Below, piece by piece: positions 13,723 to 27,590 of a stretch of 64,000 nucleotides of DNA (positions are counted from its first letter, which is position 1; the number at the start of each line of letters is the position of its first letter). A model generated the notes under the pieces. That model saw only the letters and a program-made list of their open reading frames with translations. It was not told the origin of the DNA and made no database searches. The DNA lies in the NCBI RefSeq assembly GCF_001194135.2, contig NC_068984.1, forward strand, positions 30,810,678 to 30,874,677. The letters are read 5' to 3'. This DNA is from Octopus bimaculoides. Its lineage: Eukaryota. Made by a program: the position numbers and the translations under genes.

Positions 13723-14124
13723 CAAGGTGTCCTCAAAGTGTATACACACAGTAAATGATTATAAAGTCAGCATTTTTTAAGATACATTTCATTTTCAAAT
13801 TTTAATTGCATCTACAGACAGAATTTCATTTTTGTTCTGAATATCTGTTTTCATACTGATAACCATTCTGGTCCATTAGCTTCAAAATTACCTATGATTT
13901 GAATGATAGCTGGACACATAAGTGGATTTGTTTGAAAACTTCTTCTAAACTGTCTTTGCACTTCAACTGCATTTTCAAATTTCCAGTAGCAGTTTAGTAT
14001 AAATTCCCTTTGTTCAAAGCTTAGCCCAGTTCCCTTCATTATTTATAATGGGTTAAATCTAAGATGAAAGGAAAACTGAATTACCAATGGTTAAAATGTG
14101 TATGCAATTCCTTGCGATACCCTG
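13723..14124 (-). mobile_element. Internally deleted Tc1/mariner element (DUF4817-type HTH N-terminus)
   Basis: ORF 13851-14039 LSFEQREFILNCYWKFENAVEVQRQFRR; imperfect TIRs caaggtgtcc.. / ..gataccctg; TA on both flanks. Confidence 0.8.
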
Positions 14125-15084
14125 TATATATATATAAGCATATATCTGTTATTGTCTCCTTGCTTTGACTTCAAGTGATATTTGTAAACAAATACCAACA
14201 TCGGGCAAGCAGCATCCTTTGTTTCGAATTTTCCATGAAAACATGTCTGGTCATGAGGAAATATTACTTACTTGGTATCAGGTGAGGGCTGGCAACAGGA
14301 AAGTAGAATAGTTCTACAGATCTCAAAATATAGTAAAATGACTGGTCAGAAAATGCTTTAAATTAAAAGTAAAATATACCCCTTGTAATGATATTTCTCT
14401 TCACTCCTTTCCATTTATAGCTACATGTATCATCGATATAATAACAGCAATATCACAAACATTGTTTTGCAGAAACATTCTGATAACAATGATGTCAAAG
14501 AGAATAAAGGCCTTCTCTTGAAATGAATAATTTGTGATATATGGAATGGATAAATACAGCTCAGTCAATCAGGTATGGCCGAGCTGATAAACTATATTAT
14601 TTATTTCTTCCTTTAAATAAAGGCACATGCTTCCACAAGGCTATCTTCTTTTGATATTGTCTCTAAATCAATTTTGCTGCAATGATTAGATCATGATCTG
14701 CATCACTAATTAGAAAACAGCATGCAACAGGCAGTCTTTGTAGTGACACATTATTTTCAAACATTTCAGCAACAACAATGACAACGACAACAAAAATAAC
14801 AGAGGGATGAGTATTCTAAGTTTGATGCAGTAAAGTCTAGATCGAGAGGTTTTTATATCTATGGTGTAATTCACTTTTATTTATGATAAAAGCCATATTA
14901 CATTTCTGTATTTCATCCAACATATATACACCATGATTTAAAATTGGAAATTTTGATTGCTGGCTCAAAACCCAAATAATGCACCATCAATTGTTTGTCT
15001 CCACTCTCTCATATATATAACATATAAATATGTGCATGAATGTGTGTCTGTGTGTGTATGGATTTGTGTGAAGATATTAATTAT

Positions 15085-15167
15085 GATAATAATAATTATA
15101 ATAATAAAGATAATGATGATAATAATAATACTAATGATGATGATAATAATAATAATAATAATAATAA

Positions 15168-15228
<61 letters not shown>
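15085..15228. repeat. Compound (AAT/GAT)n(AAG)n microsatellite
   Basis: direct reading; about 20 AAG units. Confidence 0.97.
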
Positions 15229-15229
<1 letters not shown>

Positions 15230-15369
15230 GCCCTGATGTAATACCAGGCAATGTCTCTCAAGGTTTTTGGAAGTGCTAGCACATACATGTTTTGCTTTAG
15301 TGTAAAAGATGAGCTGCCACAAATATTCTCTTCAATATCACAGATTTGCTTGTCAGTCACAACAGACAA

Positions 15370-15722
15370 ATGAGGGAATTATAAAACTAAAGCCATCCCT
15401 ACTAAGAGAGGAATATTACTATTGGTCTTTCCATTGCTTTTCAGTCTGGCATGGAACTAACGCCTCTAACCAACATGCTAAAACAGAAGTGGATGTGAAT
15501 ACAGCTGCTATGGTAAAAACCTCAGCCATCTCTTTTATATGGACGATCTCAAGCTGTACGGCTACAAATGATAAACAACTGAAAATATTGCTTCAGATAG
15601 TGCATGGACTTACCAAAGAAAAAAATTTGAAACCAGAACATTGAAATGAGGAAAGCTAGTAAGCTAGTTAAAGAATCACACTTGATAAAGGAAATGAAAT
15701 AAGAAAACAGGACCAAACGTAA

Positions 15723-15782
<60 letters not shown>

Positions 15783-16532
15783 ATCATGTCACTCTGTTGG
15801 TTATGACGATGAGGGTTCCAGTTGATCTGATCAACAGAACAGCCAGCTCATGAAATTAACGTGCAAGTGGCTGAGTGCTCCACAGACATGTGTACCCTTA
15901 ACATAGTTCTTGGGGGAGATTCAGTGTGACACAGAGTGTGACAAGGCTGGCTCTTTGAAATACAGGTACAACAGAAACAGGAAGAAAGAGCGAGAGAAAG
16001 TTGTAGTGAAAGAGTACAACAGGGTTCGCCACAGCCCCCTGCCAGAGCCTTGTGGAACTTTAGGTGTTTTTGCTCAATAAAGACTCACAACCCCCAGTCT
16101 GGGAATCAAAACCGTGATCCTATGACTGCGTGTCTGCAGCTCTAGCCACTGGGCCATTGGACCTCCACGTATATCATATATATAGTAAGAAAGTGAGAAG
16201 AAACATACTTCTTAAACACACTTTCTAATCTGTCACTGGGCTGATAGCGGCAAATTATGTATATATATATATATATATAAAGACAAAGAGAGGGAGAAAG
16301 AGTAGTTAAAGTCAAACTACAGTGTGTTGTATGGCCATTGTTTTTTTAAAAAATAAAATAAAAACAGATTTTTTCCTTGGTACGAAAATGATGTAAGGAC
16401 ATTTGCTTTTATTTTATTTTCATTTTAAAAAACACTGGCCATTCAACACGGAGTTTAGATTTAAATGCTCTTTCTCCCTCTCTTTGTCTCTCTCCATATA
16501 TATATATATTTATATATATAGATATGTATATC

Positions 16533-16579
<47 letters not shown>

Positions 16580-17800
16580 TTATGAATCAATGAACTAGAT
16601 ATGATACAAGAGACGTAAATGGAAAAAAAAATGAAAGAATATTATAGATAAATTAGATTAATACTTAAAATAGAGCTCAAGGTGAAAAATAAGATGATAG
16701 CTGTCAACACTCTAGCTGTCTTTTTTATAAGTTACAGTTACAGTATTTTTAATGGGACACTAAATGAACTAACCAAGAACTAACCATGAACTAACAAGAA
16801 AACAAGAAAACTAATGCCAGAATTTAGAATACACCACCCAAAATCTGACATAGAAATGTTATGTATATAATAAACTGAAAGTGGTAGAGGTCTTATACAG
16901 CTAAAAGACTATTATAAAATATCTGCCGTAAGAGTACAGAACTATTTACGTCAGAACCAAGAAAAACTGACACATATAACCACGAACCATGAGCAAAACT
17001 AAAAGAACAGTTTTCTGTCAAAGGAAAACAAAATATACAAGGAAAAGATCATAATACCTGACAAATATGAAGAAAAAAGAAGAAACATCAAAAGCTATAA
17101 ATTTCACTAAAATCTGAGTTAAAGCAGACAGGAAATAGACAAAATAGAATCTCAACATTGCTTGCAAAGTTCAGGTTTCAAAGTAGAGAAGAAGACATTT
17201 TAATTGCAACATAATTAAATCACCAAAAACACATAATGTAGGGAAAATATACAATAAATAATTGCAGAATATGTGGTGGTGGGGAAGAAACAATAAATCA
17301 TATTTGTTGTCCATTCCCAGCCAAGAAGGAATATATCCAGAAACATGATAGAATTGGGACTTTTATACACTGTAATTTGTGCCAACACAAGGGGATGACA
17401 ACAGGAAAAAGATGGTATAGGCATACCCCAGAAAAGATTTCAGAAAATGACAAAGCAATGCCAATACACAAAAACAGAGAAATCAAGGCTAATAGGCCAG
17501 ATATTGTTGTTAGGGACGACTAAATAAAAACATGCTTTCTAATCGATACAAGAATCTAGAAATAGAAACAATCCAAATGTGGAGCCTAAAAATAGAAATA
17601 ATCCCTATAATAAAAGGGCCATTAGGCATGTTTAAAAGACATGCAGACAAATACATAACCAAAACACCAGGACTTACAAATATACATAACATACAGACAA
17701 CAGCATTGCTAAGCGCTGTACACACCCTACACGAAAAATAGCCATATTAAAACAAACCACATCATATATCCAAGGCACACAGAGGTGCACTCAGAAGTGA
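15370..17800 (+). mobile_element. R4/Dong-type LINE fragment (RT to REL endonuclease), interrupted at about 15720-16580
   Basis: SHLFYMDDLKLY (about 15525-15560); KEYYR.IRLILK..NKMIAVNTLAV; HHPKSD..GRGLIQL; CRICGGGEETINHI; KHDRIG; ANRPDIVVRD; IIPII.G.LG. Confidence 0.9.
15785..16170 (-). mobile_element. SINE family D nested in the LINE
   Basis: reverse complement of 3900-4225 family; flanked by (TA)n. Confidence 0.8.
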
Positions 17801-17829
17801 AGTAAATGCACATACTAAGAATCTACCAG

Positions 17830-18355
17830 CAAGTGGCTTTTATTGCTTCTAATCTTAACTGATTGGAAGTGTTATCATGTACATTGTTTTGTTTTGGTAT
17901 AAAAGATGGGCTACAAAAATATTCTGCTCAATACCACAGATTTGCTTGTCAGTTGTTTGACCTTAACCAATGGAACATGTCCCTTAGTGGTTGACGACAT
18001 GTGTATCACTGATCACGAGCAGAATTAATGGGGAAATATCATAGCCATATGTTGAAAGGAATTCTTTAGGGTTTGGATAATTCACCTTTGGAAACATGGG
18101 TGTTTTGTTCAACATCCTTAAACAACCCTTATTCAGGGACCTTTTGAGCGGGATAGGCTGCTCGACCTGAAGAAAATTCTAACTGGGCACCACCTGCAAG
18201 GTCATGCACTATTTTTCTTGATATGAGATCACCATGTTGCACACATATGGTTGTGATGCATGTTCCTGGTATACCCTGATCAGACAGGTAGTCATGAGAG
18301 GTATACTGGGCTTCATAAATTTTACCTCAGTGTCACTTTGATGGCATATGCTGCT
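17830..18355. mobile_element. Unclassified interspersed repeat (family G)
   Basis: segment aaatattct..caata.cacagatttgcttgtcagt also present at about 15321-15357. Confidence 0.55.
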
Positions 18356-18391
18356 CTGTCACTCAATAATAATAATAGTAATAATAATAAT

Positions 18392-19260
18392 TGAGAGCTT
18401 AATGAGATACGTAGCTCAAAGTAAGGAAACCTTGCTAGTGACAATCAAGAATAAGGGAGTATTGAGAGCAGAGAAAACAGCGAAAACAAAAGAAGTACAA
18501 AAGGGATATGAAGAAGAATTATGCGAAAAGGGACTACACAATCAATTCCATCTATCCATAACAGAAGTTGCTGGGGAAAAAAATGGGATTGGCTGATGAA
18601 AGGAACCCTAAAAAAAGAGACCCTGAGTACTATGCTGGCAGTGCAGGACCAAGCTTTTGCCATGAACTGGTGCGGCAACCTTAGGAATGAACAGGTGTCT
18701 CCACTGTGCTGCATCTGCAATAGAGTTGAAAACTCCATTGCCCATATCATGAATGAATGCCCTAGACTTGCCCCAAACCACTACTAGTTGTTTTGACATG
18801 ACCAGGTAACAAAAGTGCTCCATTGAAAACAGTGCATAAGGTGGGGGCTAGAGAGAGACGCAAGATGTGGTATGAGCACAAACCACTGAGAGTGGCAAAG
18901 TCAGAGACTAGCAAAATCCTCTGAGATTTCCCAATTAAAACTGATCAGGTGCTAGAGCATAATCTGAGGGGAAGAGAAATGAAGACCTTCTTGAAATAAG
19001 AATGCATGGAGAGTTTAAGGATAATACAGCATAGTGGGCATGGTACAACTATGATGATTTGAAGTGGTAAATACGAAGGTTGTGGTCAATGAGATGAGTA
19101 AACGTGGTACCAATAGTAATTGGTGCATTTGGAAGTATCAGCACTCAATTACTAATGAGGCTCAAAAACATTGGTACAAATGTAAAAATAGAACACCTAC
19201 AAAAATCATCATTTCTTCGAAATGCAAGAGTTCGACACAGGTTTCTCTGAATGACATATG
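18392..19260 (+). mobile_element. R4/Dong-type LINE 3' fragment
   Basis: W.WL.KGTLKKET..TMLAVQDQA; CCIC.RVENSIAHIMNECP.LA; HDQV; VVPIVIGAFG; EHLQKS; begins directly after an (AAT)n array at 18365-18391. Confidence 0.85.
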
Positions 19261-19341
19261 CAGTTTGCATGCTTATGTGGAGAAGATGGTGCATGCATGC
19301 ATGTACATGTGTGTGGATGTGTGTGTGAGAATATACATGCA

Positions 19342-19382
<41 letters not shown>

Positions 19383-20752
19383 ATACACACACAAGCATGC
19401 AAACTGCATATGTCGTTCAGAATAATTAGAAACTCTAGATAGTTATGTTTACAATCATCCCTATTTTAAAAAGCCATTATTTGCTCTGTGTACAGCAAAA
19501 CCTGGAAGAATTATTTGTATATTCTTAATAAATCTTGGCTAGTTCAGACACAAATTATACTGGTTGCTATAGTGTACATCATAAATGAATAACTTCTCTC
19601 TTTTATGACAATTGCATGTTCAACTCAATTGGCTCACTGGTGCATGAAATTTTGGGACACCAGTTTTTCATCAAGTCTTATCAACAGCAGCTTGGTTTAG
19701 ACACAAAGTTCCAGGTGTTTCTGGCTGATGAGACCCAACGTCTTGTAACACCGGTGTTCAAGAATCATATGCAATATTGAGCTGAGTGTGTTGAATGCAC
19801 TGTCATTGTAAAAGAGAGAAATCATTCTCCTATAATGTACAGCAACCTGCATATTTTGCATCTGAGGCTACCTAGGTGTATTACTAATTATGCAAATAAT
19901 CGACCATTCCTTTTTAAACGTATATCACAGAAAAGATATTTATAGTAAATTCGTTTCTACTTTATGGTATATTTATCGAAGTTAGTGCCACCATCAACTA
20001 GATGTTAGGAAGGGCATCACTGATTGAAGAATTAAAAATATACTTCACAGTGGTATGTTGTCTTCAGTGATGATCGATATTATACCAACATATAAACATG
20101 GGAAATGGATATTAAATGGTATCAGCATTAATAACAATAGCACAAGTAAGAACAGCAGTAACAAAAATGAATATAAAATGATTGGAAGTTTCTGGGGTTT
20201 GTTTTTATCTGATTATAGGCAATGAGAAAAGTAATGGAAAAGTTAATTTTATTTTATCTTTATTTTTGCTTTGTCTTTAAATAAAAGAAGCACTAATAAT
20301 TTTTTACTATATGTGAGTACAAGACAATCTTGATGTTGAAGAATACATTTATTCTACATGTGTACTGGAGAGTGCATAAGTTATTTAGAGTGAAGCATGT
20401 ATATTTATCCAGTGTGTATTTATGAATGTATATGTATATTTTGAGAGCATGCCTGTGATTATTCTTTGTTCACATAAACACATATTTGAACACAAATGTG
20501 TGTTTATGTGAATAAATTTCTGCATTTATGGTGTATGTTTCTACATTTGCTTTCTTATTGTATATATGTGTGTATATACTTTTGTAAACTGTCATGTTTA
20601 TTTGTAAATGCTAACTGGAAATATATTGGAGTTACTTGAAGATAAGTATAATTGGTTCAATGTAGCATCTGTCAAAAATCAAAGAGCAATACTTGGAAAT
20701 GTTTTTCAAAATAATACTTTTTGTTATTGTTGTGTGTGTGTGTGTGTGTGTG

Positions 20753-20792
<40 letters not shown>

Positions 20793-21539
20793 TGTGAGTG
20801 GGTGTGTATGTGTGTGTGTGTGTGTGTGTGTTTGAACTCATAAAATAATACATCTTTGTACAAATACACATTTTTGAAATATTAATTTCTTCTGGTAGCA
20901 TATGTGTATGTCACTTTATATCAGTACATGCGATCACATATGCATACACTGAGGGAAAAAAATTATTCTCAGATACTTGACTGACTCATAACAGGATTGA
21001 TAGATACACTTATGTACAACTATTATCATCATTCATTATTTCAGTATTTATTTTATTTCCCATTCTAGTGTTAGTAGACTAGGCCTACTGTGAAACACGT
21101 TACTACTTGTTTTGAACTTCTGTTGGTTCATCTTTGCACTACAACACATGAGAGATAAACTAACCACTTCTTATCATATTGTCTTAAATCTTCTTCAACC
21201 CTTTCTCTACAGTGTGTACCTTTCTCTGACTGCATATGACACATTTTCTAATACCATTCATCGTCTATGTACATCACATATTTTTGATACCAAATACCAT
21301 CAACTAAATTGAATGAAATATCTTAGTCTTTTATATGTAGTCCTATCCTTGTTAAATAAATGAATTTACAAAAATTTTTCCTGTCACTCTTTTAAAGATC
21401 TCATTCTATTTATTGTGTTTACACTTTCTACAGACACATTCTAGGCAGCTGCGTTTTTTCACTGACCTTTTTTCCTAAATAGCACATCTAAGCTATGATG
21501 ACTTTTTATCTTTAAATTCTAGACCATTTTCTTTCATAG

Positions 21540-21582
21540 GTTTTGGACCTTGTTCTGTAACCTTTGACACAATGAATACCAG
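21540..21582 (+). CDS. Candidate internal exon (G-FGPCSVTFDTMNT)
   Basis: acceptor ccattttctttcatAG, donor AG|GTGAAT, only the phase-1 frame is open. Confidence 0.25.
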
Positions 21583-21837
21583 GTGAATAAATTTTATTCA
21601 AAATAACCTGTCCTGAAATCCTCAAGAAAATCAGAAAGGAAATGGAGTTTAGTGCCTAGATCTAGTAAACTTCCTTAAAATGGAATTCTTCAGTGTAGGG
21701 ACTGCCTCACTTGGTTGTAAACTGAATGAATGAAAGAAAAATGTTGCTGTCTACCTAGCTCAAACCTGTTGGTCTTATTGCTTCGTTACTTTCTCAGTTC
21801 ATTTAACAACTCATAAATTAATATTGCAGCAGATTAC

Positions 21838-22060
21838 AGGGTGGTGAATTTGGCAGAATTGGCAAAGTGATAAACAAAATACCTTGTTGTACTTAGTTAT
21901 GTGGCTTTACATGCTAATTTCAAATGCCATGGGGGTGTTCTTTGCCTCTTATCCTTCTGGGATAGATAAAATAAATTATCAGTCAAGTATTGGAGTCAGT
22001 ATAATCAGCTGTTTCATTTAGACAACCTTTTGCCAATATTAGAAATCAATATTACAACAA
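21838..22060 (+). mobile_element. SINE family B, old copy
   Basis: degenerate match to 10759-10975. Confidence 0.6.
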
Positions 22061-23909
22061 GTCATACTCTTTTTGATATAGATTACTGCAAGCCCTAACC
22101 CTGGTATAAATTATGCTTCATATAACAGAATTTATCGTCTATTCCAATTGTACTACTTTAAAAGTTTATACTTCCTTGTTGCAAGCTCCTCCAATGTATC
22201 AGATGTACATAAAGCTTTATTTTATTGTCAGTTTTATAAAGATCTCATTGCATATGCTGTGTACTTTTTACCTCAAATTAGCCTATATTGACTCCCTGCC
22301 TGCATAAACCGATATCTTTGTTTATATTTCAAAAGGTGAATGTCTGTCACTAATTGCCTTTGATCTGTGGCCACTTTTCCAAGTTTTAATTTTCTTCAAC
22401 AGTTAGTTTCTACTATAAGAATCCCATCTTCTGCATGTACCATTTCCATGGACTTTTAATACCAATATGTATCCTGATTGCCACCATAATCCAAATGCAG
22501 AACAGAATATTGATGCAATAAGTACAAGCTGTTATTGTTCTTTACTCTAATATTGGTTTCAGATTACAGTTCATTGCTATTAGATATCAAATGAATGTTT
22601 AACACCAGGTTTAAACATAACTTTCTTAATCAAAACAAAGCAAACATGGTCGCTTTTGTTTTTCTTTTATTCTTGAGACTTAACAGCTATTAGGAATGAG
22701 TTACAGATTTTGTAAACATTATTTTCACTTTATTTTTCCATTTGAAACTGGATAAATTGTCATTGAAAAAAAAAAGCAATAAAAACAAAAAAAAAAACGG
22801 GTTTAATAAATTTCCTTCTCATTAATAAAGTAACATATCAGCAATATGGAAGGAAACTCCATTCATTTGATTACATTGGTTCTGCTGCTACGAGGACAAA
22901 ATAGTTGCTTTTCATTTGTGTACAATATATGAAAGAGTCCTGAAAAGAAACAGGATTGTAGAACTCCCTAAATTACTCCATACAGCACACAATAAGCATA
23001 GCCATGTAGATATGAAGTCAAGTTAGCAGTTATATGACTCTACATTTAATTTTACTCTGTGATATCTTGGACAAGTGTCTTCAATCCTAGATTCAGGTCA
23101 GTCAAAATATTGAGAGTTAGACCATATAGACAGAGGTGGCAACATGTTGTATGAGCAGTACCTGTACTTGGGTTGTAGTCTAAATTCATTGTTCTGTTGG
23201 ACAACACTGCCTGAACTTTGAGTGTCTTTAGTGGAGTCCACTTCATTGCAAATATCTAGACTTGAACCCAGGCCTGAGGATAATGTATGAATTATGATTT
23301 CTTCTTCCTTTCCTCGAAAAGTTTCAGAGGCAAAAAAATAAAAATGCTGTGTGTGTTTCTCTTTCTCTTCTGAAATTGAAGAAGGTATAACTGGAAGCAG
23401 TTTTAAGGAAAAGCTCTTTGCAATCAAAACCTGGTAATTTTTATAAATAAAAGATGTTATTTATTATCTAATATGAATGACCAATAACAAAATTACTTTA
23501 TAGTTTTTCAATAATTTTGCATTTAGAGAAGACAATTATAAAAGGAAAGAACTGAAATTGGCAAATGTATAAATCAAAGTAGTCGATTATAAAGTAGCAT
23601 TTGTTTTTTCTTTTCTTGAACTATTGTACAATATAATATTGTTCCATTATCGTCTAGTATGCGTTGCTAAGTTCATATATTTATCAAATGTAATCCTAAG
23701 ACTTGTTACATCTGTTAGGTTTTTCAAAACAAATAATTTTAACGGTAAACTTAGTTAGTAAGGAAGAATGTCTAGACAATATGATTTCATGAAATTTAGA
23801 TAGAGGAAGCAATAATTTATTGATTATATTATGTTATTAATGATAACTGGTTGACATATTTTAAACACACTATATTGGGATATGTAGGATGATTTTGAGG
23901 TTTTAATCT

Positions 23910-24195
23910 TTTTCTTTTATCTTTTACTTGATTCAGTCTTTAGACTGCAGCCATGCTGGAGCCACCACATTGAAGAATTTTTAAGCGAATGGATCGATCC
24001 TAATACTTATTTTTTAAAAGCCTTGTACTTATTCTATTGGCCTCTTTCACTGAACTGCTAAATTTTGTGGACATAAACAAATGAACACCTTCGTCAAGAG
24101 CTGGTGACAGACAAACATAGACACAAAGTCACACATCCATAGAATGACAATTCCTAGACACAACTATATATATCTGTATCTATCTATCTATCTAC

Positions 24196-24279
<84 letters not shown>

Positions 24280-24435
24280 ATGACTGGCTTTTTTCAGTTT
24301 CCATCTACTAAATTTACTCACAAGGCTTTGGTCAGCCTGATGCTATAGTAGAAGACACTTACCTGAAGTACCACACAGTGGAACCGAACCCAGAACCATG
24401 TGACTGGGAAGCAAGCTTCTTATCACATAGCCACC
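23910..24435 (-). mobile_element. SINE family A with expanded (TATC)n(TA)n(TG)n
   Basis: reverse complement of family A. Confidence 0.85.
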
Positions 24436-24754
24436 CTTGTGTCTACAATGATTATTTGATGATTATTTTCATGAAGATATGCACTGAATGTGATGCTTTA
24501 CTGCCATGACACTTTGCAAAAGAGGGCATGATTTAGGTTTAAAATATTAATTTTACATTTATTGAATTTTTTTGCTTTCATTGATTTTGTAATATTACTA
24601 GCTTCCTCATAAACTAAAGCCACAAGGTGTTTTATCATAGACTACTCTGAACAATATCTTTATTAACTTATGTAAATTTAACTTGTAAATTTTTCAGAAA
24701 AGAATCAAATGGTTTAAGTAGCAACAAGTAGAGAGATACTATGTTAAACTGAAC

Positions 24755-24807
24755 TTCTCAGCCCATACCAGCATAAAAAAATGATGACGATGATGACGAT
24801 GATGACA

Positions 24808-24852
<45 letters not shown>
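24755..24852 (+). repeat. (GAT)n tract, probable RTE-tail remnant
   Basis: cagcccataccagcat precedes the GAT repeats, as in the family C 3' end. Confidence 0.6.
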
Positions 24853-27371
24853 TCCTTTAGTAAAACTGAATCACATCAGTTTGTGTGAATCTTAGGCTAA
24901 GCTGTTGAAACGCAAACTGTAGAGAATTCATGCTGACGTTTATTCAACTCAGTAAGATACTTTAATAAACATACAAAAACACACACATGTGCATAAGCAC
25001 ACACACACACACGCACACACACACACAAACACACATGCACACATACGTACACACACGTTTATTCTTGTATGGTTTCTCTCCTCATTAGAAAGACTTAAGA
25101 AAATAGCAGAAAGAGAATATCAGTTGAGGTTAAAAGAAACTCTGCTATAAAAAACTGTGCTCAATGAAAAAGAAACAGGAAAAAATGTATTAGACTTTTC
25201 ACTATAATAAAAAGAATCAGATATTAACAAGAAACATTAGATACTCTCATAACAATATAGAAAGAATATGATTCATAAATTTCTCTCTCTCTCTCCATAT
25301 ATATGTATATATATATATATATATNNNNNNNNNNNNNNNNNNNNNNNNNNNNNNNNNNNNNNNNNNNNNNNNNNNNNNNNNNNNNNNNNNNNNNNNNNNN
25401 NNNNNNNNNNNNNNNNNNNNNNNNNNNNNNNNNNNNNNNNNNNNNNNNNNNNNNNNNNNNNNNNNNNNNNNNNNNNNNNNNNNNNNNNATATATTTATGT
25501 ATGTATGTATGTATGTATGTATGTATTTGAAATATCAACTACTACATAAGAAACCTAGTAAGTTTATTTGAAGTTTGTGGAATTGGTAGCAATGCTATAT
25601 CATGACTTAAGAAACTGGTGCTAAAGACAGTAATTTCTGAACAGCTGTTGAGCTGTTGCCCATGGTAACTGAAAGCAATTCTGATTTTAAATTAGATATT
25701 CTTAACTGTATGTCTTTTTAAATAACTTTAGTAATCTAGGCTGCTTAATCAAGATTTTTTGACTCATGTATTACTATTTTCTGGAACTTAGTTTTACATT
25801 TTTGATAAGCTGTCATTTTCTTTAAACAAATGAAAGCATATCCTCTGAATTTACCAGTAAAAAAATAACAAAAATGGAAAATTATGAGAAAGCTTGTAAA
25901 CCTATTGCATATTACAATATGGTTCCATTATAGTTCTGTCAGCAAAATTTCTTTTTAGTTTCTCACTTCACATGTGTCTGATGATACAGAGAGTTAATAT
26001 TACTTCTATGGGTGCAAGCTTAGTTGTGTAGTTGAGAAAACCTCCTTTCTCAATAATATAGTCTAGACTATTGCTGTAATCTTGAACAGTTGACTAAAGC
26101 TATTTGAGCGAAATTTGATAAACAAAAATTTGCTTTTTAAATAGTGGCCCACTGATGAGATTTTCCTGATCTTGAGATTAACATTACCGTCTTTGTGTGA
26201 CTTCAGCAGAGTTCATTCTGTTGTAGGCATTCAGGTAAATCTCCAGGCTGAGAAAAAAATAATCCTTTCATCTTACCAGCTGAAGAAGCCCTCAAAAATA
26301 CTGTGTTTTGCTCCTTTTCCTCAGACTTAAGTTATTTTTTAAAAATATCAATGGAATATGTTGGGATTGGTACACCCAAACCAGACTAAATGCGTTTTCC
26401 AAAATAAGTATATAATTAAAAAGGTGTCACATAATTTTATCTTCTAAGAAATAAAACTGAATGGTTAGTTTAAATATATTTCATAATGGATTTAAGTCTT
26501 TATCATCCCTCCAACTATATTTTGCAAAGGTTACACTTTAATGGCCTTGCAAAATATTAGGTATCATTTTGGGATTCATATAAGACTTGTATGTGTTCTC
26601 AACATGATTAGAAGTCGTTCTGTTTATATATGTATCTACATCTACTACCTGCCTCAAAGAGATTTAATTACTTCTAGATAATTCTCTCTTTTAGAGGGGT
26701 TTCATTTTTATTATGTGACATATTCAACTCCAGCATTGTCATATGTGGTTTACTTTTATTAGCATGCATTATAGTTATCTGATTTTATGTTTGTAAGTTC
26801 ATTTTATTCTCTACTTTAGCTTTAGATTTCAGCTGGTGAAATTTAACCAAATAACTTGTAAGAATTTTGCAACTACAGTGATAATTGAATTATTACATTT
26901 ATTCCTGTTTATACTCCTAAATGGTTTACTGAACTTTATGCCACTTTCCTAACATAAGATGTTCGTCAGAATATTCTGATATTTGGAAACTTTCTAGATT
27001 TATGAGATTCAATTAAAGTGCTTTGTGTTTTATAATCAGCTCACCCAAACATGACAAGTTTCTGTTTTTTTAATTTTACATCATTATATCTTAATATGGA
27101 GTTGTCAGCTGTTTCTAGAACTTTGTTTTACCCTCATTCTGTTTTACTCTAATTATTTGGTGAATTGCCAAATGTTCTGTCACCTTATTACAGAATATTT
27201 TGGAGAACAATTTACTAATATTCTATTAGTTAGATTGATTAGCTGTCAGTATTTTTTTTTCTTCTCCTTCAGTATATTAATGTTTTAGTTAGGAGCTAAG
27301 TACTTATCAATATAATTCTGTTCTAGATCAATGATAGCACAGAATTAATGTCTTAATACATAGGGAAGGAA

Positions 27372-27590
27372 TGGTGGTGAGATGGCAACGTAATTAGCAC
27401 ACTGGCCAAAATACTTAGTGACATTTAATCAAGCTTTATGTTCTGAGTTCAAATTCTGCTGTAATTAACTTTGCGTTTTATTCTTTCAGAATTGATAAAA
27501 TAAGTACCAGTTGAGCACTGGGAGTGATGTAATTGATTTACCCCTCCTCCAAAATTGCTGGCCGTCTGCCAAAATTTCAAGCTAATATAT
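27372..27590 (+). mobile_element. SINE family B
   Basis: ttctgagttcaaattctgct...ttgataaaataagtaccagttgagcactggg. Confidence 0.8.

Noticed and set aside
14421-14572. Strong acceptor and donor pair
   Set aside because: Stops in all three frames before the donor.
23098-23427. 109-aa minus-strand ORF as an exon
   Set aside because: The only acceptor is a weak GAG and no domain is recognised.
26935-26980. CTGACGA...GAAA on the minus strand
   Set aside because: Three extra nt before GAAA and no stem III or stem I.
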